A stretch of DNA of 64,000 bases from Felis catus (Eukaryota): positions 58,716,001-58,780,000 of the forward strand of contig NC_058368.1 of assembly GCF_018350175.1 (NCBI RefSeq), in the 5' to 3' direction. How positions within the stretch are numbered: the first letter of the stretch is position 1; each line of letters starts with the position of its first letter. Position numbers and translations under genes: made by a program. Shown piece by piece: positions 37,306 to 50,408 of this stretch. Under the pieces are notes generated by a model, which saw nothing but the letters and a program-made list of their open reading frames with translations, made no database searches and was not told the origin of the DNA.

Positions 37306-38756
37306 CCTCCGAAATATTCTGAGAAAAAAATTATGTCTTCCTTCCTATAATTTTTAGAATTACGAGAACTCTGCATGTCTCTCTATTTGAATAAGTCCAA
37401 AGCGCCCCCCCCCCCCCGCCCCCAAGACAAATTTTGCTTCACTCTGAAACTACGGTGTCTGGGAAGCGAGAGAGGGTAGTTTTCCATTCAGTTGAGAATA
37501 CTGGGTAGGCTTTTCATGCCAACATTGTGATCTGGTTTCCAAAGCATGTGTGTGCCCTTTCAATGCAGAATGCCAGCCATCCAGGTGTCAGCAGGAACTG
37601 CCAGTTATCCTATTCCTAAGTAAACCAGAGTAGAAGAATTGATAACTTTTAAAGATTGAAGATTACCTAAGATACCCACAATTTTACATTTTATATTTGG
37701 ACCAGTTTTGATCACATTCATTTAATCCCTCACAATTTCACTTTAAGACGTGTTTTACTATTCCCTTAGCTTTTGTTAAGGGATTTCACAATATCCAGTA
37801 ACACAATATTCACCACTCTGGTTAATGTAAAGCTATTTTTGAAGAGATTATTTGTTACTTCAGTCAATGTTCATTATATAAAATCTTTGTGACATATTTA
37901 CTTTCCAGTATTTTGCAGTTCTTAAAAAAAAAGTTTATATTCTCTAAAGCACTGGTGTACTTCCTCCTTTAAGATCAAATGAACCATATAAATAATAGGC
38001 TTCCTTTAATTTTCCTTTTCCTCTAAGAAGATCAAAGCCAAATGTGAGATTCAGGCACATTTCCCTTTCTCCTGATTTGCTACTTCTATTGATTTTTTTT
38101 TTTTTTACTGCCTAATTAAATCTTTTGCTTTAATCTGTCTCAAAAGTTCTGTGTAAAGAAACAATGTACATAAACTAATAAACAAAGCAATAATTTCCAA
38201 TTTGCTCTTCAACAAAGCAACTGAATCTAAACCTTATTGTTCTCATTAGTATATATGGTTTTAATTTACTTTTCAAAATGTTGTGAAAGCCCTATGACTG
38301 TACATTTAGCATAACACCTGTTGTCCATATGAACGTTTATTGAGAAATTGATATAAATTGCTATTATGAACTGATTTAGCATCACATGGGGTGATAATTT
38401 TGGAAGCTATTTTATTTAGGTATTTAGTTAATAATCGTGAACAAATAATGGTAGTATCTCCTTTTTATTAATTAAACAAATTTATTTGATTTTTTAATTT
38501 AAAGAATACTATTTTTGAAGTGTGAAAAATACAGTTTAAAATAACATGTACATGAAACTCAAAAACACAAATTTTTGGAATTAACATGCTATTGTCATGG
38601 TGCAGAAAATGAGAAATTGAACATTAAAACGAAATCCATTACAGAGTTGTGTATAGTGTATAATATTTCTTTGTGAGAATGGTCACTGTTCATAAGTGGC
38701 TTCAATCAATTATGTCTTATGTACATACTGTATTGCCAGGTTCTTCAATGGACATC

Positions 38757-38940
38757 ATGATTAAGAACATTGTTTTCAGAGTCTGGAAGTTCTGGGTTTG
38801 AGCCAAGGCTCTGCCACTGACTACCTGTATGACAGAGGGTAAGTCATTCCATGTCTTCATACATGTAATAGGAATAATAATACTCAATTTATATGGTTGT
38901 TCTAAAGATTAAATAAGATAATGTGTGTCTCCTGATAGTG
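38757..38940 (+). mobile_element. MIR
   Basis: gattaagaaca...ctgggtttgagccaaggctctgccactgactacctgtatgac...ggttgttctaaagattaaataagataatg. Confidence 0.8.
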
Positions 38941-39400
38941 GGGTTCCCCAGACAAGTCCTACAGAAAGTATATAATGTTAAATTTTAGTTTCAGAATAAA
39001 AAGTCCGTATCCTTGCCACTCCCCATCTGCTCTTGAAAGTACAATCCAGTGAATTATTGGATAATTTGAAAGGTATCTTAGATTTTACATGTGCCTACAA
39101 TTGTGAAGCTTCACCAATGACATCAGCCATGTTCTCCTATTTTTACCTCATATGACCACATATTTCTAAATCTGACTAAAAATATTCAAATACTATTAGT
39201 AGACAATGTATTTTGATTTCCTTGTATTAGAAAACTACTCTTGTTACATTGTTGTAGTAATATTTTATAATCTGTTATAGTAAGCTAGATGAAAAGTCAT
39301 AGAATCTTGCCAAGACAAATAATTAGCCCTTTGAAGAATAATATTATTATGAATAAATTCAGTTTATAAATTAGATTATCAATCTTCTGTGTCCAATCCT

Positions 39401-39652
39401 GGGTTTTTGTTGTTGTTGTTGTTGTTGTTTTGTTTTGTTTTTTTTAGAGAGAGAAAGAAGAAAGAGAGAGAGAGTACAAGTGTGGGAGAGGGGCAGAGGG
39501 AGACAGAGAAAGAGAGAGAGGATCCCAAGCAAGCAACAGGCTCCATGCTGATATGGAGCCTGAAATGGAGCCTGATCTCATGATCCTGGAATCATGGCCT
39601 GAGTTGAAATCAAGGGTCAAGCATGCAACTGACTGAGCCACCCAGGCACCCC
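39401..39652 (-). mobile_element. Can-SINE with (CAA)n-converted tail
   Basis: TSD tg(t/a)ccaatcct at 39390-39400 and 39653-39663. Confidence 0.95.
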
Positions 39653-39680
39653 TGACCAATCCTTTTAAAAATAATATTTA

Positions 39681-39860
39681 GGGGCACCTGGGTGGCTCAG
39701 TCAGTTAAGTGTCCAACTCTTGGCTTTGGCTCAGGTCATGATCTCTTGAGTTTCTGGGTTCGAGCCCTGCATGGAGCTCTGTGCTGACAGCCCTTGGAAT
39801 CCCTGCTCGGGATTCTATTTCACTTCCTCGCACTCTCTCTCTCAAAATAAAATAAACTTC
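39681..39860 (+). mobile_element. Can-SINE
   Basis: ggggcacctgggtggctcag head through aaataaac tail. Confidence 0.94.
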
Positions 39861-39878
39861 AAAAATATATATTAAAAA

Positions 39879-40069
39879 GGCGACTGGGTGGCTCAGTTAA
39901 ATGAGTGTCCAACCTCAGCTCGGGTCATGATCTCGTGGTTTGTGAGTTTAAGCCCCATGTGGGGCTCTCTGCTGATAGCTCAGGACCTGGAGCCTGCTTC
40001 AGATTCTATGTCTCCCTCTCTCTCTGCCTCTCTCTCTCTCTCTCAAAAATATTAAAAAATGTAAAATCT
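39879..40069 (+). mobile_element. Can-SINE
   Basis: ggcgactgggtggctcag head, CT region and A-rich tail. Confidence 0.93.
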
Positions 40070-40551
40070 TTAAAAAGAGAGTGAATGGAAGTATTTCTGA
40101 ATGAAAGCTTCTTGTTTTAGAGAAATTCTTGATATTATATTAAAACATATTGCTTATGAGGTTATTATACTTGTGGTACACTTAAAGAGTTCATTATTAA
40201 AAGGGATTTAGTAATAAAACTCTGAATCAGGTATCTGATATATAAATTGCATTTTTTTTTCCTTTAAGCATAAATGCTTAGGAAATTCAGAAATATGGGG
40301 TGGGGGGTTATTTTTTTTCTTTTTTACAGTCATCAAGCATCTTTCATATTTATCAACTAGCATGTATTTTCTGTTTGGCTTCCCTTCAGGTCCTGCACAT
40401 ATATCTAAGGCATAGCTGAAAAGCCATTTGATATATGAGCATATTAAGACCAAGGTCACAAATTGGTAGAACTTAACTTGCTATTAGGAAGCCATGCACT
40501 CTGCTTTACTCTATTCTAGCTAAATCATTTCAGACAGAGAAATACTATTTT

Positions 40552-41062
40552 AACCTTAGTTTTTTCAAAGCATAGCATGAGACAAAGGTTTTCACTGCAA
40601 GCAGCTTATTTAGAAATGAATTTCAGCAAATAGGAGTTAGGGTCTAGGAGAGAAAACAATGAATAAGAAAAAGTCAGTAATAAGACATAGTATTTACATA
40701 AGCAGTAAAATGAGTGAGGGATGCTGCATCCTTTGGGAATTTCTCAGGCATTTATAAAATATGTCCTGGCACAGGCTGACTAGAACGGAAGGGGAAAGCA
40801 CTTATCACTGTCTCCTCCTCACCTTTTCAAGGATGACCTCATGGAATTAATTGCTGGGTCACTTCTAAGTTGCGTCAGTGTGCGTGTGGAGCAGTTTTCA
40901 AGATAGCAACATGTCCGCATCAGAGAAGCTCCAAGGCTGCGTTGGCCTTAGGTGCTGCCTGATTTCATCTGTAAAGTCTGTGTGAAACCGGTGTCTTTAT
41001 CAGTTGCTGGAGAAAAAGATATTGCCAAAGGATTTTGAAATGGTCCAAATAAAGTTTGATAC
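40552..41062 (-). mobile_element. ERVL solo LTR (LTR16-like), old
   Basis: aagcatagcatgagacaaaggttttcactgcaagcagcttatttagaaatga is the antisense LTR16-type 3' end; the element ends ...tgataca. Confidence 0.55.
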
Positions 41063-41532
41063 AAGTACCTATCCCGCTCTTAAAATGTGCTTATTAAATA
41101 GAAAGATAGTCTATAATACCATCACCTATGGGTTAATGAACTTGTTTCATGTGATTCATTTTTCTTTTTAATGAAAGCATATGACGCTGTTCGTGACATG
41201 AATTGACTGTCACATAGGGACAAGTGTTGTAATATCACCTTCCACATTCGAGTCAATTAGCTTCAGCCTAAAAGACCTAAAAAACACAGCCTAATTGGAT
41301 TGGAATTGACCTAACACAACAATATTTAGATAAAACAACAAATGGAAAGGAGTATTGGAGAGGGATTTGCTCATCATTAGTATCAGACATTTTCCTACAC
41401 TCAGTTTCTTGGTTGAGGGTTTTGGGTTAGTAGTTTCAGCTCTATTGTTTATGTAATCATTAAATGTCGAGGCTCAAAAGCCCCACTTCCTTTTTCAAAA
41501 TATGATGGCTTAGGCAAACCATTTCCTCCAGC

Positions 41533-41533
<1 letters not shown>

Positions 41534-41563
<30 letters not shown>
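41534..41563. repeat. (TG)15 microsatellite
   Basis: Direct read. Confidence 0.98.
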
Positions 41564-41567
<4 letters not shown>

Positions 41568-42318
41568 AGAAATCTATTGTTCTGATCCATATGACCCTAG
41601 TTTATTTCTTTCCAAAATGAATTCTAATGAGCCAAGATACTAATAGAGAAATAGATTCTATGATGTCCTATGAAAGCTCATGCCAGGGTTTAATAGTAGA
41701 CATCAATGGTGGATTTCATACAGTTGTTTCCACTATATAGACTGATTTAAACAGCAACAGATAGGTAACTTTTTAAATTTCAATATAGCATGTCCCTTGT
41801 GAAAATCCTTCTCAGAAGTTAATCTGTAAGCAATTTACTTTTTCCTACTTGCTGTGGATTTTTCTCAACAAGTATGAGAATGCAGTTTTATCTTCTTTTT
41901 CTTAATTTCATCTTAATACCTGACTTTCCCTTATGTAGTCCAGCTCCCCCTTCCATACATAGAGAATGGATTAACTAAAAGTAGTATTTATGACATTGTT
42001 CACATTATCAGTAACTTAATTTGACTAGGATTTATAGCTAGACTGGTTTAAAACAAATAGCTTCAGATAGGCAAATTTCATTTTAATGATATTTGCATGA
42101 GGTAAATATAATTAAGTTGAAGAAATAAACTGGATTAATGTATATTTATTCTATAACTGTATTTGTGCAAGTTTTATTTTGTCAGATTTTTTGAAAAATA
42201 CTTCTATCCTTCTTGTTGTTTTTCCATGCAAATATTTTTTTAAGAATTTCAAATCATAAGATCTTGCTGCATTTGCTAATAGGAAAATCTATCCTAACAT
42301 TGATAAAAATGTATCCCT

Positions 42319-42752
42319 TGTGGTATACAGAAAGATGGTTTCGCAATGATGTCATGTCCTGATGCCAGAAAGCTGTCAATATCTTATCTCACGTGGCAAA
42401 AGGGACTTTGCAGATGTGGTCAAGGATCCTGAGATGGTGAGCTAATTCTGGCTTATCTAGGGGCTCAGAGTAATCATAAGAATCCTTATAAGTGAAAGAA
42501 GGAAAGTCAAAAAATCAGAGTTAGAGAAGGAAATGAGAGAATGGGAGTAGAGGCCTGAGTTTCGAAGGGATTTGAGCCAAGGAATGTGGGCAGGCTCTAG
42601 AAACTGGAAAAGTCTTGGAAATGGATTCTCCTTGAGAGCCTCCAGAAGAACTAAAGTGCTGCCAGTCCAGTTTAGACTTCTGACTTCTGGGTTTTGTTTT
42701 AAGCCACCAAGTTTGTGGTAATTTGTTAAAGTAACAATAAGAAACGAATACA
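42319..42752 (+). mobile_element. MaLR solo LTR (MLT1D-like)
   Basis: TG...CA termini; tggcaaaagggactttgcagatgtg, gagccaaggaatgtgggcagg, tgttttaagccaccaagtttgtggtaatttgtta...aataca. Confidence 0.9.
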
Positions 42753-44689
42753 TCCTCACTCCAAGAATTGCTGGAATGTCCCAGTGGTACTGAACTGGTA
42801 CTTACAGACAAGGTTCTTGTTTTTGGTTGCCCAACCCTCTGTTTATCAGTTTCAGTGGAATCTGTTTGGCACCAATGACACCCTTCTATTATACAGAGTA
42901 ATGTCTACTGATCAGCAAAGCTGCTTAGGCTTATTATCCCTGTCATTTAAACATCAAAACATCTGTTTAGCATCACAGATTTGCCCTGACACTGTCAGTA
43001 CTTCCCAATGTTCTGCTGGGTATTTCTCCTTCTTTCTACTGTGTATGTTACTCCACTTTTTATTTTCTTTATTCTATGAGCAAAGAAGCAGATAAATAAA
43101 GTGTCTTAATTTGTTCATGAATCGACTGCAATTCTTCAATGGGCAGAGCTGAGCTCGAGAAGGGACTGATCAGAGGATATCCTTCCCCGAACTTCTACTC
43201 ATTTGCACATTTATCTGGTGCCACACAGAACACAAACATACTCTTCCATATGAGAGCGTCCATCATACTTCATGATGTGCATTCAAGCTCCCACATGAGC
43301 CTTGCTGCTGTCACTGAGCATGCTTTACTTTACTATCATTCTTCTTCTAGTGAGACAATTTGAAGGAAGGATGATGCAGGTTTAGTCTGACCCACATGCA
43401 ACAGAAAATTGCTTTCATCTCCATTGTTCTGAACTATATAATCCCGTTAATATAGCAAAGTTGCATATTATATGGATAATGAAGTTGGAGTATTGATTAA
43501 AGGGATTTGAAGTCAACTAAATTATAGAATCTTTCAGTAGTTCTATGTTGTAGAAATCTATGTTTTGTCCTTAACCTGATATGTAAAAGACTGTTCTATA
43601 AATTAGAAAAATATGTGGTGTCATTTCTTTCTCTGCTGAGGAGAAATTATCTAAATCTCTATCCTCCTAATGTCTCTCTTACACAATAAATTAAATGTAT
43701 AATTATTAATTAACGAACTAGGGTAATTGCTGATGTACCTTCTGCCTTAAGCCAATTACAAGAAATATAATATAATTAATTAATTAAATGAGTTAAATTC
43801 TTTCCTAGAATGAGGGATAATTAAATATTTAGGATTTTAGGAGTACTGAAAATCAAAATCTTCATGATTGATTCACATGTTTGAAGTACTGATTTCATTG
43901 AAAATATTGTACCAATATATTAAAGTTTACATAAATATGAATTTATTGACAATAGGATAATTAATTAGTTAAAATCTTATTACAGAATTCAAATATTTAT
44001 ATTTATTTTTATAGAATTATTTTGTAAAAATAAAAAATGATATTAGCTTTAATTGCTTTTGTAATAAGTCATATGAACATATGTTTAATATATTATGCAT
44101 GTTAAAAAGCTTAAAAAAGAAGATTTCTCTGGTATGAATATCCTCATATTATAGATGAGGCTTCTGGAGTTTGGGTGAGTTAAACACCATTCTCAAATAA
44201 ACAGGACAAAAGCCTGGGGCTTTTGATTTTTATACCTTTGTTCTGTGAACAACATAGTCTTGCTGACTTTCATTATTAAGCCAAAACTTCTGATATGAGG
44301 TTATATTCTTGCTTCATTTTTTTCCCCTCTTAAAAGAAAGGTACAGCAAATTTCTAAATAATGGAAGAGTTTTATAACTGGAAATTAGATTAATTGAGGT
44401 TTTACATGATTAATGGTATTCAGTGTGGTATTGGTTAAGATTTATTTTTAATGCAGTTTTCCAAATAGTTTTTCTGCTGAGAAGACAAACACATAACAAC
44501 TGGTTGGTTGTTTTTGTTTTGTTTTGTTTTCTGCAAAGCAGGCCATAAACATCTAAGTATTGTACTCAGCAGGTTATATATGGCAGTGCACTTTATTAGA
44601 AGTTGACAATTTTAATATTGAAATATTTTCATTTATTCTCACCAAAAATGGAGGCCAACTTTGTGATTATAAGAATATTTTGTTTGTTC

Positions 44690-45140
44690 TAAGGACAGAC
44701 TAGCAGAGTATGAACCTTAATTCCATCATTTTCTCATTATTTGACCAAGTCACTTAACTGTTCTTTGCCTAAATTTCCACATTTTCAAAATGAAGATGAA
44801 AATAGTACCTGTTTGGGGCACCTGGATGGCTCAATCAGATAAGCGTCCAACTTCCACTCAGGTCAGGATATTATGGTTTATGAGTTCAAGCCCCACGTCT
44901 GGTTCTGAGCTGACAGCTCAAGAGCCTGGAGCCTGCTTCAGATTCCGTGTCTTCTCTCTCTGCCCCTCCCCAACTTATGCTCTGTCTCTCTCTGTCTCCC
45001 AAATATAAATAAATGTTAAAAAAATTAAAAAAAAAGAAAGTAGTACTTATTTGACATAGCAAGGTTAAGACTATTAAATGTATTAATATACTTAAGCTCC
45101 TGAGGACAATATCTAGCACATAATAAATATTGAGTAACAA
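44690..45140 (+). mobile_element. MIR split by a Can-SINE
   Basis: caagtcacttaac...aaaatgaagatgaaaatagtacct | ...attaaatg...tctagcacataataaatatt. Confidence 0.75.
44815..45035 (+). mobile_element. Can-SINE
   Basis: Diverged 17-bp TSD at 44798-44814 and 45036-45052. Confidence 0.95.
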
Positions 45141-45192
45141 TAAGCGATTTTTGAAAGAATAATATGTAATTTAAAAATAAATGAATTGTAAG

Positions 45193-45414
45193 GGGGTGCC
45201 TGGGTGGCTCAGTCGGTTAAGTGTCCAACTTCCTCTCAGGTCATGATTTCACTGTCCGTGAGTTCGAGCCCCGCATTGGGCTCTATGCTGACAGCTCAGA
45301 GCCTAGAGCCTGCTTCAGATTCTGTGTCTCACTCTCTCTCTACCCCTCCCCTGTTCATGCTCTGTCTCTCTCTGTCTCAAAAATAAATAATAAAAACATT
45401 TTAAAAAATTAAAA
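45193..45414 (+). mobile_element. Can-SINE
   Basis: 20-bp TSD aaaaataaatgaatt(g/a)taag at 45173-45192 and 45415-45434. Confidence 0.96.
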
Positions 45415-45643
45415 AAAAATAAATGAATTATAAGTGTGCCAACTTGGCAATACTTAGAGAGTTCTGGAAAATAATAGCCTAAATGAACGAGACATCCAAT
45501 AACCCTTGTTTGATCTTTTTGTTTGTTTTTCATTAACTGTCTTCTGGGTCCTAGAGTATGTGAATTTACAGATCTCTGGAGTTTATTTTAGAACAGGAGA
45601 CAGAACAAAACAAAATCAAAACAATAAACCAAATAAGTTAGGC

Positions 45644-45675
<32 letters not shown>

Positions 45676-45678
45676 GTA

Positions 45679-45880
45679 GGGATCCCTGGGTGGCTCAGTC
45701 AGTTAAGCGTCTGACTTTGGCTCAGGTCATGATCTCACGGGTCATCAGTTCAAGCCTCACGTTGGCTCTGTGCTGACAGCTCAAAGCCTGGAGCCTACTT
45801 CGGATTCTGTGTCTATCCTCTCTCTCTGCCCCTCCCCTGCTCGCACTCTGTCTCTCTTTCTCAAAAATAAATAAACATTA
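45679..45880 (+). mobile_element. Can-SINE preceded by T26
   Basis: gggatccctgggtggctcag...taaataaacatta; no A tail. Confidence 0.94.
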
Positions 45881-47641
45881 GGAACATTTTTTGTATACTA
45901 TAAGTCTTCTGCAAATGTATCAATACTAAAACAAATAAGCAAATGATGATAACAAGAACAACCAATCAAATCCCAGCTAATAATAGTAGTATTGAGATGT
46001 TTTCAGTCTTAATGTTGTACTCTCACCACAGAATTTTATAATTCTCTTGAGGTATTTGAAAATCAAATACGGTTTCATTATTATATGCTACACATACAGG
46101 AAATTGCACTCTTAGAGTGTTAGCCAAGTAGACCCATAAGATTTCTATATAAATTGGCAGGAAATATTTATCATATCATATTTATCCATTAAAGATATGG
46201 TATTTAAGTACCTTTAAGGGCAAATTGTTTTAATATGTAGGTAATTTCTACATTCAAGTGCATTGTGTCTCTTCACAATGAAGAGAAAATGAAAGTGACT
46301 CTAGTCGGCCGTTTTCACCAGCAGTTTATTAGACTTACCAGAGTAACTGCCACTCCACACTCACCCCTTAAAGCATACAGGATGCTCATTTTTATTGCTT
46401 CTATTAACAACAACAACAAAAAGACTGTCCAACTGGGAATTCATTGATATACCAAGTAGTTTCACATGCCTCAACAATGATAACAACCCATTTTTCTATT
46501 AGCTATGAAGGAAGTCACAGTGGGGTAGGTGGGAATGTAATATCAAGGAGGATAAGTACTTCATATTCCTATTGCTCATGAAGAAAATTGAAACTAAATG
46601 GTGTAGACCATGTCTTACAAAACTAGTTCAGATGACCAGAATTGAAAGGATGGTAGTAAATAAAGCCCTGTATTCAATGACTGTTAAGTAGCCTTTCATA
46701 TTTAGGTTAAAATAAAAGAGTAACTGCATATTTATATTACATTTTTGATTTCCCATTTTAAAGAGGTTTTGATTAAACAAGGAAGAATGACTCCTATTTT
46801 TTTCATATAAAGAGTTTTCTGTTATATTTAAAATATGAAGGAAAACCCACACCTGCTTGTTATATAAATAACTCAAGAAATTCCTTTTCTAAAATAATAT
46901 GGTGTAATTTTGGAATAATAGAGTAGCTATACATTTCAGGCACTAAAATGTGACAGCAATAAGGCCTACCTATCTCATTTATAATGTATGCGTGGATGCT
47001 GAATTTAGTTAGTTGATTTATTGCCTTTAAATAGAGGACAAAATAATCAGAAACGCTGAGATACTCCATGACTTACCCATTCCTAAATCATTTATTTAGG
47101 GTTTCTGATTTCTAGAATTTATCTTTCGAAATCATGCCTTTGTTTTTATTTACAATAGTCTTATCTTCTTTCTACTCTGGTTACCCCATCTTTCCCTTTT
47201 TTGGTATTTTCTTTGGTTGTTCTTCTCATGGTTTGACAAATATAAGAATCCTAAGCATTACGACAAACAATGACCATATCCAGAAAAAAAGCAACAAAAA
47301 TAAACAATCAAAAAAAGCTTATTTTTTATCTATTTTTTAAAATTTGAAATAACCACATATTGCCCAACCATCTATCCCTGCAATAAATATCTTATCACAT
47401 TTATTCAGCCAAAAATATCACCATAGTACCCCAAATTTATCATTTCCTGGGGAAATGATAATAACATTATTGATTTTAATAATTCCAATTTATCATATTA
47501 CAGATAGAGACATTTAGAGTATTTATACCTGAAGGAAATATGCTGGCTGTCACCAAGGAAAGGGTTAAATATTTTGTGTGTAGACACTCCATAATGTGTG
47601 TTAAAATAGAGGACACACTATATAATTAAAAGTCTTAAATG

Positions 47642-47876
47642 ATTTATGTGAGGATGTAATGTACAGTATGGTAAATAATACTATACTGAACATTTGAAAC
47701 TTGCTAAGAGTAAATATTAAAAATCTTCATATAAGAAAAAAATTGTTAACTATGTAAGGTGATGAATGTGAACTAGATTTATTGTGGTGATTATTTCACA
47801 GTATATACAAATATCAAATCATTATGTTGAACACTTGGAACGAATATAAAGTTACATTCAATTATACCTAATTTAA
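47642..47876 (+). mobile_element. 5'-truncated L1 3' end (L1MA9-like)
   Basis: ggatgtaatgtacagtatgg...ttgctaagagta...ttattgtggtgattatttcac. TSD aaaa(g/a)tcttaaatg at 47628-47641 and 47877-47890. Confidence 0.88.
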
Positions 47877-48734
47877 AAAAATCTTAAATGGTGTAATTTA
47901 ATTAAAGGTCAATTAATGCTGAAGTGATACAGATTCCACATAAGATAATCTCAGCTAAAGAAAAGGGAGCATTCCGAAGAGAATATAAGAAAAAATATTC
48001 ACTGTTTGAAACAAGTGGTCAGCATTGCAGAAGTTAAGTGGACAAGATAAAATATCATTTGACAAAGAATTCCGTTGGGAAAACAGGTAATGCATATTCA
48101 GAAATACTGCTCAGCAGATAATGCCACAAAAAGATAGATCTTAGGACAGTTTTCAAGACTCCTGTGATTTCAACAGAGGATAAGTCAGAATAAATTAGCA
48201 AATAGTTCGAGATAGAAAAGAAATCTTGATGTTGATATTTAAAATGTGAAAGGAGGGAAAGGAGAGCAAAGAAGAAACTTAAATTTTGACTGTTGGTAAT
48301 GAAAAAGGGATAACCTTAATTTTATAGCACAAAGGCCAAGAAACAACAATGGTGGATGATACTATGATCTGAGTAAATTACCTGAGGTCTTCAAGTGATC
48401 TCTGATATGACGATCATTATTATCTCTGATAAAGGACCCAAGGGAGTGCAGACCCTGGGCTAGGAATAAGGCTAAATATTGATGTTGTTTTTATGACCAT
48501 AACTGTGAGAAGAAATGACTTATAAAAATGCAGATAGTACCTGATTGTCTGGAAGGTAGTGTCTGAGATGGTGAGAAAAATTGTATATTATATATTCTTA
48601 TATTCTTATATTATATATTATACATTTATTACATAAGCATTTCCATGATTTCCATCCCTATAATTCCATATGATGTAATTGCAAAATTCATCAATTTCTT
48701 CAGACAAATAGTACATTTATAAGTAATTGAATAT

Positions 48735-48855
48735 TATATTATATATATTATAATAATATATATATATATTATATATATAATATATATAATATATATATTA
48801 TATATATTATATATATAATATATATAATATATATATTATATATATATAATATTAT
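48735..48855. repeat. 121-bp pure A/T tract containing a perfect 66-bp palindrome
   Basis: No G or C. 48761-48826 is self-complementary. Flanked by a 29-bp direct repeat. Confidence 0.92.
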
Positions 48856-49345
48856 AAATAGTACATTTATAAGTAATTGAATATAATTGTATTTTTTTAA
48901 TTAAAGGTCCATTTTCAGACTTATGATAACATGTGATTTAAATTATTACTTCAGCAAAATTAAGAATTTCCACATGTTTTGGAAGCCTAATTTCTATTAT
49001 ATTTTTAATACTTTACTAGGTAACTTAAAATTCTATTTATAAACTCAAATTAATTTTCTGGACATTTTGCACATAAGACTATTTGTACTTGTCTCCATAC
49101 ACTGAAAAGTAAAAAGATAACTTGCTATATTTAAAGAAAAAGGAATATGTGCTACATTTTAAAATAAAGAAAATTAATACATTAAAATATAATACAGTAG
49201 ATTATTATAGTATTATATATACATATATTAAAATAAGTCAACCATGAAACATGTATATTTATTTCCTTATATCAAGAGCCAATATAGTTCTTGGTACTGA
49301 GGATTACATATAATTTTCTGATATTCAGAGAACATTGAAGGGGCT

Positions 49346-50408
49346 TGTTAGATATCAGATATCTTGCACCACATGCTACCACTGCTCTGGCTAAAGACGG
49401 TGGAATCAGAAACCACAGGGCAGTCGTCTACAGGCTAAGCAATGGCCTACATGCTGCCATAGGAAAGAGCTCTACCTAACTACACATTGATGTTTAACCC
49501 GATGAGGAGCTTCCCAAGTGTAATCTGAAACTGGTCCCTGTACTTAGAGGGCAGGGAGAGACCAGAGAAAGAGGCAGGCCACTCCAGGTTGGTAAGTGAC
49601 AATTTTAATAAGTGAAGGGAACTTACACATGAACCTTATCTTGGGCAGGAACAAGATGAATGGATTCCTGCAACCACCTGCCAAGTCTTAGAAATTTTTA
49701 GAGGCCATAACTGGGTTCAGTCAGGTAAGTGTTCTCAACACCACATCACTATCTCAAGGCTATCTCCTTAGAATAGTCTCTTGGAGTGGGAAAGGCAGGC
49801 AGAACCCACATTCCAAAGGATGGGGGCTCGGTGCCTGTCTAGCTCACAGGTCAATCGGCAGTCATGTCTTTTTGATGATGTTTCCCAATCCATCTCACCA
49901 TCCTGGATTATGACTGGAAAATAGTAGAATCCTTCTTGGCTACATGAGACAATCATAGAGAATGAAACTCAGCTGAAAGAAAGGGACTCAGACAGAAACA
50001 CAAAGAAGAGTCATTGAGCAGAGGTCCTGTCAAAGGAAAAGCCACATAAAAGCCGAGGCTGTGAGGTAGAGGGATATTTACGGTATCAGAAGGAACAATC
50101 ACGAAAGGGGAGACCAAGGATCCACAGCATAAGCAGGGTTATTAGAGCGGGGGAGCAACATGTTCTGCCTGCTGAGGAAATGAGAAGATGGCCAGATTGT
50201 CCATCTGGACCACTAGAGATGCTGCTGCACCCTGTGAGCTGCTCTGTGTCCTGAGCAACACTCCTGACTTCACTCAAGTTTCAACATGAGGCCGTTCAAG
50301 CCATGACCTATTTTTCCTTAAGTCCTCATAAAAAATTCCTTGTCAACCGAGATGGTCTTTATGCGTGAAGGTGATTTTTGCAGCCTAAAAGTTCCTAAAT
50401 CTAACACA
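49346..50408 (+). mobile_element. Old MaLR-type LTR (MLT1M/N-like), interrupted
   Basis: 3' end tttttgcagcctaaaagttcctaaatctaacaca is MLT1-like; 5' boundary uncertain. Confidence 0.4.
49493..49890 (-). mobile_element. ERVL solo LTR (LTR40-like)
   Basis: Minus strand reads gacatgactgccgattgacc...ctttggaatgtgggttctgcc...gtaagttcccttcacttattaaa...ctggagtgggcctgcctctttctctggtctccctgccctc. Confidence 0.6.
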
